This document shows, piece after piece, positions 1 through 8,465 of a stretch of 32,000 nt of DNA (the stretch's first letter is position 1; the number at the start of each line of letters is the position of its first letter). Below the pieces are notes generated by a model that saw only the letters and a program-made list of their open reading frames with translations, ran no database searches and was not told the origin of the DNA. This stretch comes from Rhizobium sp. GTDB lineage: Bacteria; Pseudomonadota; Gammaproteobacteria; Burkholderiales; Thiobacillaceae. The translations under genes were made by a program, and so were the position numbers. The stretch lies in assembly GCA_019459285.1 (NCBI GenBank), contig JAIBEL010000045.1, positions 26,149 to 58,148 on the forward strand, read 5' to 3'.

Positions 1-132
1 CTGGCGGCAGCCCTGGTGGTGCTGGGTGGCGTATTGATGGCCCTGGCGCCCGAAATATGGGCGGGGCTGGTGGTGCTTGCACTGGGCGTGGTCGTCGAGT
101 TGGCCGGAATTGCACTGGAACACAAGGCCTAG
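1..132 (+). CDS. 3' end of a CDS that begins upstream of the window; hydrophobic C-terminus, probable membrane protein (partial)
   Basis: Frame 1 is open from base 1 to TAG at 130-132. The translation LAAALVVLGGVLMALAPEIWAGLVVLALGVVVELAGIALEHKA consists of hydrophobic segments. No family assignment is possible. Confidence 0.35.
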   Translation: MAAALVVLGGVLMALAPEIWAGLVVLALGVVVELAGIALEHKA

Positions 133-271
133 CCGGCCACGACGGCGGGGGCAGGCGTCGCTTCCCTTGCCCGGGCCTGCTGAAGCCGTCGCGGTGATTC
201 GCGCGTCCTAATATGAATAACGAGAGCGTTTTTTTACATACGGACCGCGTCCATCATGCCGGCGCAACAAC

Positions 272-1168
272 ATGAAAAAAATTCGGCTTGCCATCATCGG
301 GCTGGGGCGTCTGGGGCGCAAATGTGCCGAGGCCATCGCGGCCGATCAGACCGCTGAACTCGCAGGCGTGGTGCGGCGACCGGAGAGCGCAACGGAACCC
401 TGGCTGAAAGCCCCTCTCGTGACCCATGTCAGCGAACTCGACAACGTGGATGCTGCGCTCATCTGCGTTCCGGTCGATGCGGTCATGGGCGTCGCGCAAG
501 ACCTGCTGCGAAGCCGCATTCCAGTGGTCGAATGCGCCCGCCTTCACGGCGAATCCTTCCTTGGCCACAAGGCGGAGATCCACCGTGACGCGCTGCGCCA
601 CAAGGTGTCCGCCATCGTCGGCGCAGGCTGCGATCCCGGCGCCCTCTCCCTCTTCCGCAGCCAGTTCGCGCTGCTGGCGCCGCGCGGACATACAGAAACC
701 AGCCTGCACACCGGGAGCAGCCTGCACCACACCCTGGCCGCGGCAGGCATCAAGGGGGTGAAACAGGCGCTGGCGACAGAACGCCTGTCCCGTACGGACA
801 CCCCCCAGCGCTATGTCTATGTCGAACTGGAGCCATCGGCCGATGCGGCCGAAGTCGAGAACGCCCTCGTCAATGATTCCCTCTTTCGCGATGAGGAGAC
901 GCTGGTGTTTCCCGTACCCAGCATTGCCGCGCTGGAAGAGACCAACCGTGGCGTGGTGCTTGAACGCCATGCTGCAGCAGGTGAAGCCAGCCATGCGTCC
1001 TTCCTGCTGGAAGCCCGCTACGACGAGGCGGGGCTGGCTGCGCGGATGATGCTGGCCGCCGCGCGCACATTGCCGTCGCTGCAGGCAGGCGCCTATTCCC
1101 TGCTCGACCTGCCACCGGGCGCACTGTGGGGCGAACAGCGCCCTGTCGCGGAAAAAGAGTGGATGTAA
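272..1168 (+). CDS. NAD(P)-binding dehydrogenase, meso-diaminopimelate D-dehydrogenase-like family
   Basis: 298-aa ORF with ATG at 272. It has an N-terminal Rossmann motif (IRLAIIGLGRLGR). The central GAGCDPGALSLFR resembles the GWDPG-FS motif of Ddh enzymes. The antisense 321-aa ORF is treated as a GC shadow. Confidence 0.65.
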   Translation: MKKIRLAIIGLGRLGRKCAEAIAADQTAELAGVVRRPESATEPWLKAPLVTHVSELDNVDAALICVPVDAVMGVAQDLLRSRIPVVECARLHGESFLGHKAEIHRDALRHKVSAIVGAGCDPGALSLFRSQFALLAPRGHTETSLHTGSSLHHTLAAAGIKGVKQALATERLSRTDTPQRYVYVELEPSADAAEVENALVNDSLFRDEETLVFPVPSIAALEETNRGVVLERHAAAGEASHASFLLEARYDEAGLAARMMLAAARTLPSLQAGAYSLLDLPPGALWGEQRPVAEKEWM

Positions 1169-1202
1169 GCAGATCTGTTTGTCATCACTGAAGGAGCGCA
1201 AC

Positions 1203-1697
1203 ATGAAAAACAAATTCACTGAATTTCATCCCGTCCGTCGCGATCGCCTGATCGATGAAACCCGACACGACGCCTACAAGACCAAACACAAACTGCCTGA
1301 ACCGACGGTTTGCCCGCAATGCGGCGCGGTGTTCCACGACGGTCGCTGGCAATGGCTGGCAAGGCCTGCCCAAGCCCACGAGGAAATGTGCCCGGCGTGT
1401 CACCGCATCCATGACGACTACCCGGCCGGGTATGTGAGTGTGAACGGCCCGTTCTTCAAGGACCACCGCGAGGAATTGCTGCACCTGGCCAGAAACGAGG
1501 AAGCGCACGCCAAGGCCGAGCATCCGCTGAAGCGGATCATGAAGATCGAGGACGAGGATGACGGCCTCCTGATCACCACCACCGACATCCATCTCGCCCG
1601 CGGCATCGGCGAGGCACTTCATCACGCCTACCAGGGTGAACTGGCATATCACTACAACGAGCAGGAGAACCTGTTGCGCGTAGTGTGGGCGCGCTAG
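1203..1697 (+). CDS. Small zinc-ribbon protein (CPQC...CPAC), NMD3-N-like / BCAM0308-type hypothetical; first gene of the amidoligase operon
   Basis: ATG at 1203 lies 6 nt after AAGGAG (1191-1196); the TTG at 1179 in the ORF track lacks an RBS. There are two CxxC pairs. The family name is recalled from memory, not searched. Confidence 0.65.
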   Translation: MKNKFTEFHPVRRDRLIDETRHDAYKTKHKLPEPTVCPQCGAVFHDGRWQWLARPAQAHEEMCPACHRIHDDYPAGYVSVNGPFFKDHREELLHLARNEEAHAKAEHPLKRIMKIEDEDDGLLITTTDIHLARGIGEALHHAYQGELAYHYNEQENLLRVVWAR

Positions 1698-1757
1698 GCC
1701 TGCACCGACCCCGTCTTCCGAACAAGGCACAAGACTCTTCCTGGGGAGGATCGTTTC

Positions 1758-2492
1758 ATGCATCCCATCACGCTGCGCCTGCCGCTCACGATGCTGCCGC
1801 AGCCGGACGAGACGACCTGCGGCCCCACCTGCCTGCAGGCCGTCTACAACTACTGGGGCACGGACGTTCCGCTTGCGGACGTGATCGCCCGCACCCACAA
1901 GCTGGAGCACGGCGGCACCTTCGCCATCTTTCTGGCCTGCGATGCCCTGCGCCAGGGCTACGAGGCCACCCTTTACACCTACAACCTGACCGTGTTCGAT
2001 CCCACCTGGTTTGTGCCGGGGGTGGACATCGCCGAGCGCCTGCGGCAGCAGCAGGTGGAGAAGAAGCATGATGCGAGGCTGCAGCGCGTCACCGAGGGCT
2101 ACCTGGAATTCCTGCGCCTGGGCGGACGCCTGCGCCTGACCGATCTCTCGCGCCCGCTGATCCGCGGCCTGCTGCGCCGCAATCTGCCCATCATCACCGG
2201 CCTCAGTTCCACCTACCTGTATCGGGCGGCGCGGGAATTCGGGCCGGACGACGTGGCGGACGATATTCGCGGTCTGCCAGCCGGCCACTTCGTCGTGCTC
2301 GCGGGCTACGACCGCAAGAAGCGCAGCGTGCTGGTGGCCGACCCCTACTGGCGCCACCCCTATAGCCCGTCGCACGAATACTGGGTCAACATCGATCGCC
2401 TCATCGGGGCGGTGCTGCTCGGCATCGTGACCCACGACGCCAACCTGCTGCTGGTCTACCCGCCGCGGGCGGTGCCCCGGGACGATCTGTGA
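1758..2492 (+). CDS. Papain-fold cysteine peptidase, peptidase C39-like
   Basis: ATG at 1758 follows GGGGAGGA. The putative catalytic Cys lies in QPDETTCGPTCLQAV, the His in GHFVVLAGYD and the Asp in LVADPYW, which is the order typical of C39-like domains. Confidence 0.65.
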   Translation: MHPITLRLPLTMLPQPDETTCGPTCLQAVYNYWGTDVPLADVIARTHKLEHGGTFAIFLACDALRQGYEATLYTYNLTVFDPTWFVPGVDIAERLRQQQVEKKHDARLQRVTEGYLEFLRLGGRLRLTDLSRPLIRGLLRRNLPIITGLSSTYLYRAAREFGPDDVADDIRGLPAGHFVVLAGYDRKKRSVLVADPYWRHPYSPSHEYWVNIDRLIGAVLLGIVTHDANLLLVYPPRAVPRDDL

Positions 2493-3958
2493 GCATCCTC
2501 ATCGTCGTCGACAACCCGGACGACTGGCCGCTCGACATCCCCGGCGTGAGCGTCGTGTCGGCGCGCGCCTACCTGACCGATCCCGCCTATGGCGAGGGGC
2601 GTTCCGTCAAGGCGTTCAACCTGTGCCGCTCCTATCGCTATCAAAGCCTGGGCTACTACGTCTCCCTGCTGGCCGAGGCGCGCGGCCACAAACCGCTGCC
2701 CCGGGTGAGCACGATGGAAGACCTGCAATCGCAGAACCTGGTGCGACTGCTCACCGAGAACCTGGACGACCTGGTGCAGAAGTCGCTCGCGCCCATCAAG
2801 TCGGATGCATTCGAGCTCAGCATCTATTTCGGCCGCAACGTGGCGATCCGCCACGATGCCTTGAGCCATCGGCTTTTCAGCCTGCTGCAGGCGCCCCTGT
2901 TGCGCGCGCATTTCGAGCGCCACCGCGAGCATTGGCGCCTGCATAGCGTGCGCGCCATCGCCACCAGCGACATCCCGCCACACCATCAGGATTTCGTGGT
3001 GGAGGCCGCCACCGCGTATTTCATGGGGCACCGGCGGCGCACGCACAAGCGTCCTGCACCGCGTTTCGACCTGGCCATCCTGCACGACCCCGACAATCCG
3101 GAATCGCCTTCCAACGCGCGTGCCCTGCAGAAATTCGAGAAGGCCGCGGAGGGCGTCGGACTCGACGTGGAATTCATCACCCGCACCGATCTTGCCCGGC
3201 TACCCGAATTCGACGCCCTGTTCATCCGCGACACCACCTTCGCCAATCACTACACGTACCACTTCTCGCGGCGGGCAACCGCGGAAGGCCTGGTGGTCAT
3301 CGACGATCCGGACTCCATCCTCAAATGCAACAACAAGGTCTATCTCGCCGAGCTGCTCACCCGACACCACATTCCTGCGCCACGGACGCTGATGGTGCAC
3401 CGCGACAACGTCGAACAGATCATCCCCAACCTCGGGCTGCCGTGCGTGCTCAAGCAGCCGGACAGTTCGTTCTCGCTCGGCGTGGCCAAGGTGGAGTCGG
3501 AACAGGAACTGTTCGAACGGGTCATCGCGCTGCTGCAGAAATCCGAGCTGATCGTCGCCCAGGAATTTCTCCCCACCGAATTCGACTGGCGCGTCGGCAT
3601 CCTCGACCGGCGGCCGCTGTTCGTGTGCAAGTACTTCATGTCCGCCGGACACTGGCAGATCGTCAGGCGCGAGGCGGGGCGCACGGGCTACGAGGAAGGC
3701 CCGGTCGAGGCCGTGGCGGTGGCCGAAGCGCCGGAAGAGGTGGTGAAGATTGCGCTCAAGGCGGCCAACCTGATCGGCGACGGCCTCTATGGTGTCGACA
3801 TCAAGCAGGTGGGCAACCGCTGCTACATCATCGAGGTCAACGACAATCCCAACGTCGATGCCGGCAACGAGGACGGCGTGCTGAAGGATGCGCTCTACCG
3901 CGAGATCATGGGCTCGTTCGTACGCCGCATCGAAGCGCGCAAGCGGGTGAGCGCCTGA
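2489..3958 (+). CDS. RimK-type ATP-grasp amidoligase with an N-terminal extension of about 200 aa
   Basis: The GTG start overlaps the upstream stop (GTGA). The C-terminal half has ATP-grasp/RimK hallmarks (PCVLKQPDSSFSLGV, LIVAQEFLPTEFDWRVGIL, LYGVDIKQ...YIIEVNDNPNVD). Confidence 0.8.
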   Translation: MSILIVVDNPDDWPLDIPGVSVVSARAYLTDPAYGEGRSVKAFNLCRSYRYQSLGYYVSLLAEARGHKPLPRVSTMEDLQSQNLVRLLTENLDDLVQKSLAPIKSDAFELSIYFGRNVAIRHDALSHRLFSLLQAPLLRAHFERHREHWRLHSVRAIATSDIPPHHQDFVVEAATAYFMGHRRRTHKRPAPRFDLAILHDPDNPESPSNARALQKFEKAAEGVGLDVEFITRTDLARLPEFDALFIRDTTFANHYTYHFSRRATAEGLVVIDDPDSILKCNNKVYLAELLTRHHIPAPRTLMVHRDNVEQIIPNLGLPCVLKQPDSSFSLGVAKVESEQELFERVIALLQKSELIVAQEFLPTEFDWRVGILDRRPLFVCKYFMSAGHWQIVRREAGRTGYEEGPVEAVAVAEAPEEVVKIALKAANLIGDGLYGVDIKQVGNRCYIIEVNDNPNVDAGNEDGVLKDALYREIMGSFVRRIEARKRVSA

Positions 3959-5193
3959 TGCGTACGCCCCCTGCGCTGCACGCCTTTGCGGGCTACGGCA
4001 TCGAGCTGGAATACATGATCGTGGATCGCCAGACGCTGTCGGTCATGCCGGTCGCCGACGCCCTGCTGCGGGCGGCCTCCGGAAGCAATGGTCTGGACGT
4101 CGATCGCGGACGCTTCGGCTGGTCCAACGAGATCGTGCTGCATCTCGTCGAGCTGAAGAACATCCGCCCCGAGCCCGCGCTCGAACCCCTTGCCACGGGG
4201 TTCCAGGCCGAGGTCGGCGTCATCGACCGGCTGCTGGCGCCCCTCGGTGCCCGCCTCATGCCGGGCGGCATGCATCCATGGATGGACCCCGCTGCCGACA
4301 CGCGCCTGTGGCCCCACGACCACGCACCCATCTACCAGGCTTACGACCGCATCTTCGGCTGCCGGCAGCACGGCCAGGCCAACCTGCAAAGCATGCACCT
4401 CAACCTGCCCTTCGCCGGCGATGACGAGTTCGCCCGCCTGCATGCCGCAGTGCGACTGGTGCTGCCCATCCTGCCCGCGCTCGCCGCGAGTTCGCCCGTT
4501 TCCGACAACGTCCCGAGCGGCTATCTGGACACCCGCATGGCGGCCTACAGCACGGCCGTCCAGCGCATCCCCACGGTGATCGGCCAGGTGATCCCGGACA
4601 CCACCGGTAGCCGCGCCGACTACGAGGCGCAGGTATTGGCGCCGATGTACCGCGACATCGCACCGTTCGATCCCGAGGGCGTGCTGCGGCACGAATGGCT
4701 CAACGCCCGCAGCGCGATCCCGCGCTTCGACCGCAACGCCCTCGAGATCCGGGTGATCGACGTGCAGGAATGCCCGCAAGCCGACCTTGCCATCGCCGCC
4801 GCCGCCACGGCCGTCATTCGGGCGCTCTACGACGGCAAATGGTCGCCGCTCGCCATGCAGCAGGCTTTGGGCACGGATGCCCTGGCGAACATCCTGTCCG
4901 CCTGCATCCGCGACGCTGACGAGGCGATGATCGACGATGCCGCCTACCTGCGGCTGCTGGGCTTTCCCGGCCGTTCATGCCAGGCCGGCGAACTCTGGCG
5001 GCACCTCGTCGAAACGGCCGCGCTGGACCATGACGGACCCTGGCACGCGCCGCTGCGCGTGATCCTGGAACAGGGGCCGCTGGCCCGCCGCATTCTGCGG
5101 GCGATCGGGGCGGACGCTTCGAAAGCGCATCTGCAGACGGTCTACCGTGCGCTATGCGACTGCCTGGAAACGGGCCGAATATTCGTGGTCTGA
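3958..5193 (+). CDS. Carboxylate-amine ligase, glutamate-cysteine ligase family 2 (GCS2/YbdK-like)
   Basis: ATG at 3958 overlaps the RimK stop (TGATG). The N-terminus MRTPPALHAFAGYGIELEYMIVD is the typical GCS2 start (G-E-E-x). The 211 codons upstream in the ORF track are Arg/Pro-rich read-through of the previous gene in another frame. Confidence 0.8.
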   Translation: MRTPPALHAFAGYGIELEYMIVDRQTLSVMPVADALLRAASGSNGLDVDRGRFGWSNEIVLHLVELKNIRPEPALEPLATGFQAEVGVIDRLLAPLGARLMPGGMHPWMDPAADTRLWPHDHAPIYQAYDRIFGCRQHGQANLQSMHLNLPFAGDDEFARLHAAVRLVLPILPALAASSPVSDNVPSGYLDTRMAAYSTAVQRIPTVIGQVIPDTTGSRADYEAQVLAPMYRDIAPFDPEGVLRHEWLNARSAIPRFDRNALEIRVIDVQECPQADLAIAAAATAVIRALYDGKWSPLAMQQALGTDALANILSACIRDADEAMIDDAAYLRLLGFPGRSCQAGELWRHLVETAALDHDGPWHAPLRVILEQGPLARRILRAIGADASKAHLQTVYRALCDCLETGRIFVV

Positions 5194-5197
5194 AGCC

Positions 5198-5908
5198 ATG
5201 GCGCACACAGTTCACGTCCTGATCACCTGCGAGCACGGCGGCAACCGCATCCCAACGCGCTACCACTCCCTGTTTGCGGGCTTCGAGGCCCTGCTGCATA
5301 GCCACCGCGGCTACGACCCCGGCGCGCTGGCTGTGGCCCGGAAACTGGCCCGGGTGCTGGACGCTCCCCTGTTCGTCTCCACCACCAGCCGCCTGCTGAT
5401 CGACCTCAACCGCTCGATCGGCCATCCGAAGCTGTATTCCGAGGCCACCCGGGACGCGCCCGCCGCTGTCCGCCGCGAAATCCTGGACAGGCATTACCTG
5501 CCCTACCGGACCGCTGTCGAGGCGCATGTCGCCGCAGCGATCGCGCGCGGCAGCCGGGTGATCCACCTCGCCTCCCACAGCTTCACGCCGGTACTCGACG
5601 GCATCGTCCGCAACGCCGATATCGGCCTGCTCTACGATCCGGCACGTGCCGGCGAGGCCGAACTGTGCCGCCGCTGGCAGGCCCGGCTGAAGTCACAGGC
5701 ACTCGAATTGAAGGTGCGCCGCAATTACCCCTATACGGGCAAGTCGGACGGCTTCACCGCCTTCCTGCGCCGCCGGTTCCCGTCCGACCTGTATGTCGGG
5801 ATCGAACTGGAAATCAATCAGAAGCATGTATTGCCTGGCGGGCGCCGCTGGCTCGCAATGCAGGATATCGTGGTCGGGACTTTTCACGCTGCCACGATCG
5901 AATGCTAG
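5198..5908 (+). CDS. N-formylglutamate amidohydrolase (FGase) family hydrolase
   Basis: ATG at 5198 lies 4 nt after the GCS2 stop. VLITCEHGGNRIP near the N-terminus, LIDLNRS and HLASHSF fit the FGase family pattern. Confidence 0.7.
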   Translation: MAHTVHVLITCEHGGNRIPTRYHSLFAGFEALLHSHRGYDPGALAVARKLARVLDAPLFVSTTSRLLIDLNRSIGHPKLYSEATRDAPAAVRREILDRHYLPYRTAVEAHVAAAIARGSRVIHLASHSFTPVLDGIVRNADIGLLYDPARAGEAELCRRWQARLKSQALELKVRRNYPYTGKSDGFTAFLRRRFPSDLYVGIELEINQKHVLPGGRRWLAMQDIVVGTFHAATIEC

Positions 5909-6019
5909 GGCGCCGGGAAGCATGCATTCCACGAAATCCGGTCGCCTTTGAAATAGGATATTGCTATCCTTAGATTAAAGGCGGGTCCTGATCCAATCAC
6001 AACATGCGCAGGAGGTTTG

Positions 6020-6418
6020 ATGACCGTACTTACCCACCCCCAGCTTGAACAGCTGACCCGGAAACTGAAAGAGGATTACCAGACACTATTGCGTGAGGTG
6101 CGTGACGAACTGGAAAACTCGGGCAACCAGCATCGCATCGACCTGCTCAACAGCGAGCCGGGCGACGCCGGCGACGAGTCGATGGCGAATGCGCTGGCGG
6201 ATTTCAACCTCACGGTTCTGGATCGTCATATCGACGGAATGCGGGATATCGAGTCCGCCGAGCAGCGTATCAAGAATGGTGAATACGGCGTGTGCATCGA
6301 CTGCGGGAATGAGGTCGGCTTCACCCGTCTGCAGGCCTATCCCACCGCCAAGCGCTGCATCGTCTGCCAGGAACAGCGCGAAAAGCAGTACGGACAGGAA
6401 GGCCACCCCAAAATGTAA
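6020..6418 (+). CDS. DksA/TraR family C4-type zinc-finger protein
   Basis: AGGAGG at 6010-6015, then ATG at 6020 (the TTG at 6017 is too close to the RBS). A coiled-coil N-terminal half is followed by CIDCGNEV...RCIVC, the four-Cys DksA/TraR finger. Confidence 0.85.
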   Translation: MTVLTHPQLEQLTRKLKEDYQTLLREVRDELENSGNQHRIDLLNSEPGDAGDESMANALADFNLTVLDRHIDGMRDIESAEQRIKNGEYGVCIDCGNEVGFTRLQAYPTAKRCIVCQEQREKQYGQEGHPKM

Positions 6419-6464
6419 GCAAGGCAGAACTGCCCTGCCGCCATTCCAACCTAATGGAGCCACC

Positions 6465-6770
6465 ATGAAAACCCCGCTTCAAATCACCTTCCGCGACATG
6501 CCCCCCTCCGACACGCTGGAGGCGCACATCCGTGAGAAGGCGCAAAAACTCGAACAGATTTTTTCCGACATCATCAGCTGCCGCGTCGTGGTCGAGCAGC
6601 CTGCGAAACACCAGCAGCAGGGCAAGCCGTTCAACATCCATATCGACCTGGGCGTGCCCGGGAAGGAAATCGTGGTGGACAGGCAGGAGAACGAGGATGC
6701 TTACGTCGCTCTGCGCGACGCCTTCGACGCTGCCAAGCGGCAACTGGAAGACTACGCACGACAGTTGTGA
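6465..6770 (+). CDS. Ribosome hibernation factor, HPF/RaiA (S30AE) family, short form
   Basis: ATG at 6465 follows GGAG. MKTPLQITFRDMPPSDTLEAHIREKAQKLEQ...VVVE...F.I.I.L..PG is the classic HPF/YfiA pattern. Length is 101 aa. Confidence 0.85.
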   Translation: MKTPLQITFRDMPPSDTLEAHIREKAQKLEQIFSDIISCRVVVEQPAKHQQQGKPFNIHIDLGVPGKEIVVDRQENEDAYVALRDAFDAAKRQLEDYARQL

Positions 6771-6794
6771 GTTGCCCCGTCCGGACGCACAGAC

Positions 6795-8330
6795 ATGAAT
6801 GATTCCTCTGGATCGATGCAGGAGTTGACCGAACTGATCCGCAGCCTGCGCGACCCGGCCTGCTACGATCACCCCGCCGGCCCGGTGCAGGTGATCGAAA
6901 CGCATATCTCCTACGTTCTGCTCACGGGCACGTTCGCCTACAAGATCAAGAAGCCGCTGGATCTCGGCTTTCTCGATTTCAGCAGCCTCGGCAAGCGCCT
7001 GCACGCCTGCTGCGACGAAGTTCAGCTCAACCGGCGGCTCGCGCCCGACATCTATATCGACGTCGTCCCCATCACCGGCACGCCGGCCGCCCCGCGCCTC
7101 AACGGCAGCGGCGAGACATTCGAGTACGCCGTGAAGATGCGCCAGTTCCCGCCCGATGCTACGCTCGACCGGGTCGATGCGGCAGGTCGAATGTCGGCGC
7201 AACACGTCGAAGCCATCGCCACCGTCCTCGCCCGCTTCCATACGGACGGCTGCGCACGTGCCGGGCAAGACAGTCCATGGGGCAGACCGGACGCCATCTG
7301 GAACCCGGTGGCCCAGAACTTCGCCCCGCTCGCGGCCCACCTCGACGACCCGGCCGACCACGCGCAACTCGACGCCCTGCGGCGCTGGAGCGAGACCGAG
7401 CACACCCGGCTCGCCCCGCTGATGGCAGCCCGCAAGGTCGACGGCTTCGTGCGCGAATGCCATGGCGACCTGCATCTGGGCAACCTCGCCTGGGTCGATG
7501 GCCGGCTGCTCGTGTTCGACTGCATCGAATTCAACCCCGAGTTGCGCTGGATCGACATCCAGTCCGAGGTCGCGTTCTGCTACATGGACCTGCTGCAGCG
7601 CGGCCATGCCGAGTGGGCCTGGCTGTTCCTCAATACCTGGCTGGAGCAGACCGGCGACTATGCCGGGCTCGCCCTGCTGCGCTACTACGCCGTCTATCGT
7701 TCACTCGTGCGCGCCAAGATTGCCACCATCCGCGCCGCCCAGACCGCAGGCCCCGAACGCGATGCCGCGTTCGCCGAGATGCGCGCGCTGCTGCATCTGG
7801 CGACGACGCTGACCCGCCCCCTGCCCGCCCGGCTCGATATCACGCACGGCCTGTCTGGATCGGGCAAGACCACCGCCACCCGCAAACGGATGCAGGCCCC
7901 GGGCGCAATCCGCCTACGCTCCGATGTCGAACGCAAGCGCCTCGCCGGGCTCGATGCCCTGGCCCGCAGCGGATCGGGCATCGGGCAGCAGCTCTACGGC
8001 GCCGATGCCACCCAACGCACCTACGCGTATCTCGCCCGCCTGTCCGGCGCTCTCCTGGACGCCGGCTGGCCCGTCATCGTCGACGCCACCTTCATTGCCA
8101 GCTGGCAGCGCGACCTGCTGCGCGAGACGGCGCAATCGCACGGTGCCGAATTTCATATTCTCGATTTTCCGGTGCCCGTCGCCACCCTGCGCGAGCGCAT
8201 CGTCGAGCGCGCTCGCGCGGGCGGCGATGCGTCGGAGGCCGACCTGTCCGTGCTGCAACATCAGCTCGACACCCACGAACCACTGGGGCCGGACGAGCTG
8301 GAGCAGACCCTCAATTACGCACTGCAATAG
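6795..8330 (+). CDS. Fusion protein: N-terminal aminoglycoside-phosphotransferase-like kinase domain plus C-terminal P-loop (AAA_33-like) kinase domain
   Basis: 511-aa ORF. The APH-like catalytic region is RECHGDLHLGNLAW..FDCIEF. The Walker A motif is GLSGSGKTT at about aa 350. Confidence 0.75.
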   Translation: MNDSSGSMQELTELIRSLRDPACYDHPAGPVQVIETHISYVLLTGTFAYKIKKPLDLGFLDFSSLGKRLHACCDEVQLNRRLAPDIYIDVVPITGTPAAPRLNGSGETFEYAVKMRQFPPDATLDRVDAAGRMSAQHVEAIATVLARFHTDGCARAGQDSPWGRPDAIWNPVAQNFAPLAAHLDDPADHAQLDALRRWSETEHTRLAPLMAARKVDGFVRECHGDLHLGNLAWVDGRLLVFDCIEFNPELRWIDIQSEVAFCYMDLLQRGHAEWAWLFLNTWLEQTGDYAGLALLRYYAVYRSLVRAKIATIRAAQTAGPERDAAFAEMRALLHLATTLTRPLPARLDITHGLSGSGKTTATRKRMQAPGAIRLRSDVERKRLAGLDALARSGSGIGQQLYGADATQRTYAYLARLSGALLDAGWPVIVDATFIASWQRDLLRETAQSHGAEFHILDFPVPVATLRERIVERARAGGDASEADLSVLQHQLDTHEPLGPDELEQTLNYALQ

Positions 8331-8338
8331 TGTCGCGC

Positions 8339-8368
8339 TTGACAAGTCCCGAAACGCTCGAATAAAGT
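8339..8368 (+). promoter_or_regulatory. Possible sigma70 promoter for the rhs gene (TTGACA-N18-TAAAGT)
   Basis: TTGACA at 8339-8344 and TAAAGT at 8363-8368, about 100 nt upstream of the rhs ATG. This is a pattern match only. Confidence 0.25.
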
Positions 8369-8465
8369 CCGGCCATCATCACGGCCCGCGCAACGCACGC
8401 GAGCCGACTCTGCGGAAGAACAAAACAAAACAATTCAAAGCGAGGCCCGAAGGGGAGGGTTAACC

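Noticed and set aside
254-1219. 321-aa ORF antisense to the Ddh-like gene
   Set aside because: The translation is Arg/Ala/Gly-rich and low in complexity, and carries no motifs. The sense strand has a clear Rossmann motif. This is a typical GC-rich shadow ORF.
1185-2435. 416-aa ORF antisense to the Zn-ribbon and peptidase genes
   Set aside because: It spans two well-supported sense genes and their spacer. Its composition is that of a GC shadow frame, and it has no RBS or motif.
3325-3957. A 211-codon N-terminal extension of the GCS2 ORF in the six-frame track
   Set aside because: The extension is an Arg/Pro/Gly-rich alternative frame of the RimK gene. The family-typical N-terminus (MRTPPALHAFAGYGIELEY) starts at ATG 3958, which overlaps the RimK stop.
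6321-7607. 428-aa antisense ORF across the HPF and kinase genes
   Set aside because: It is a shadow ORF. The sense strand carries recognisable HPF and APH motifs.
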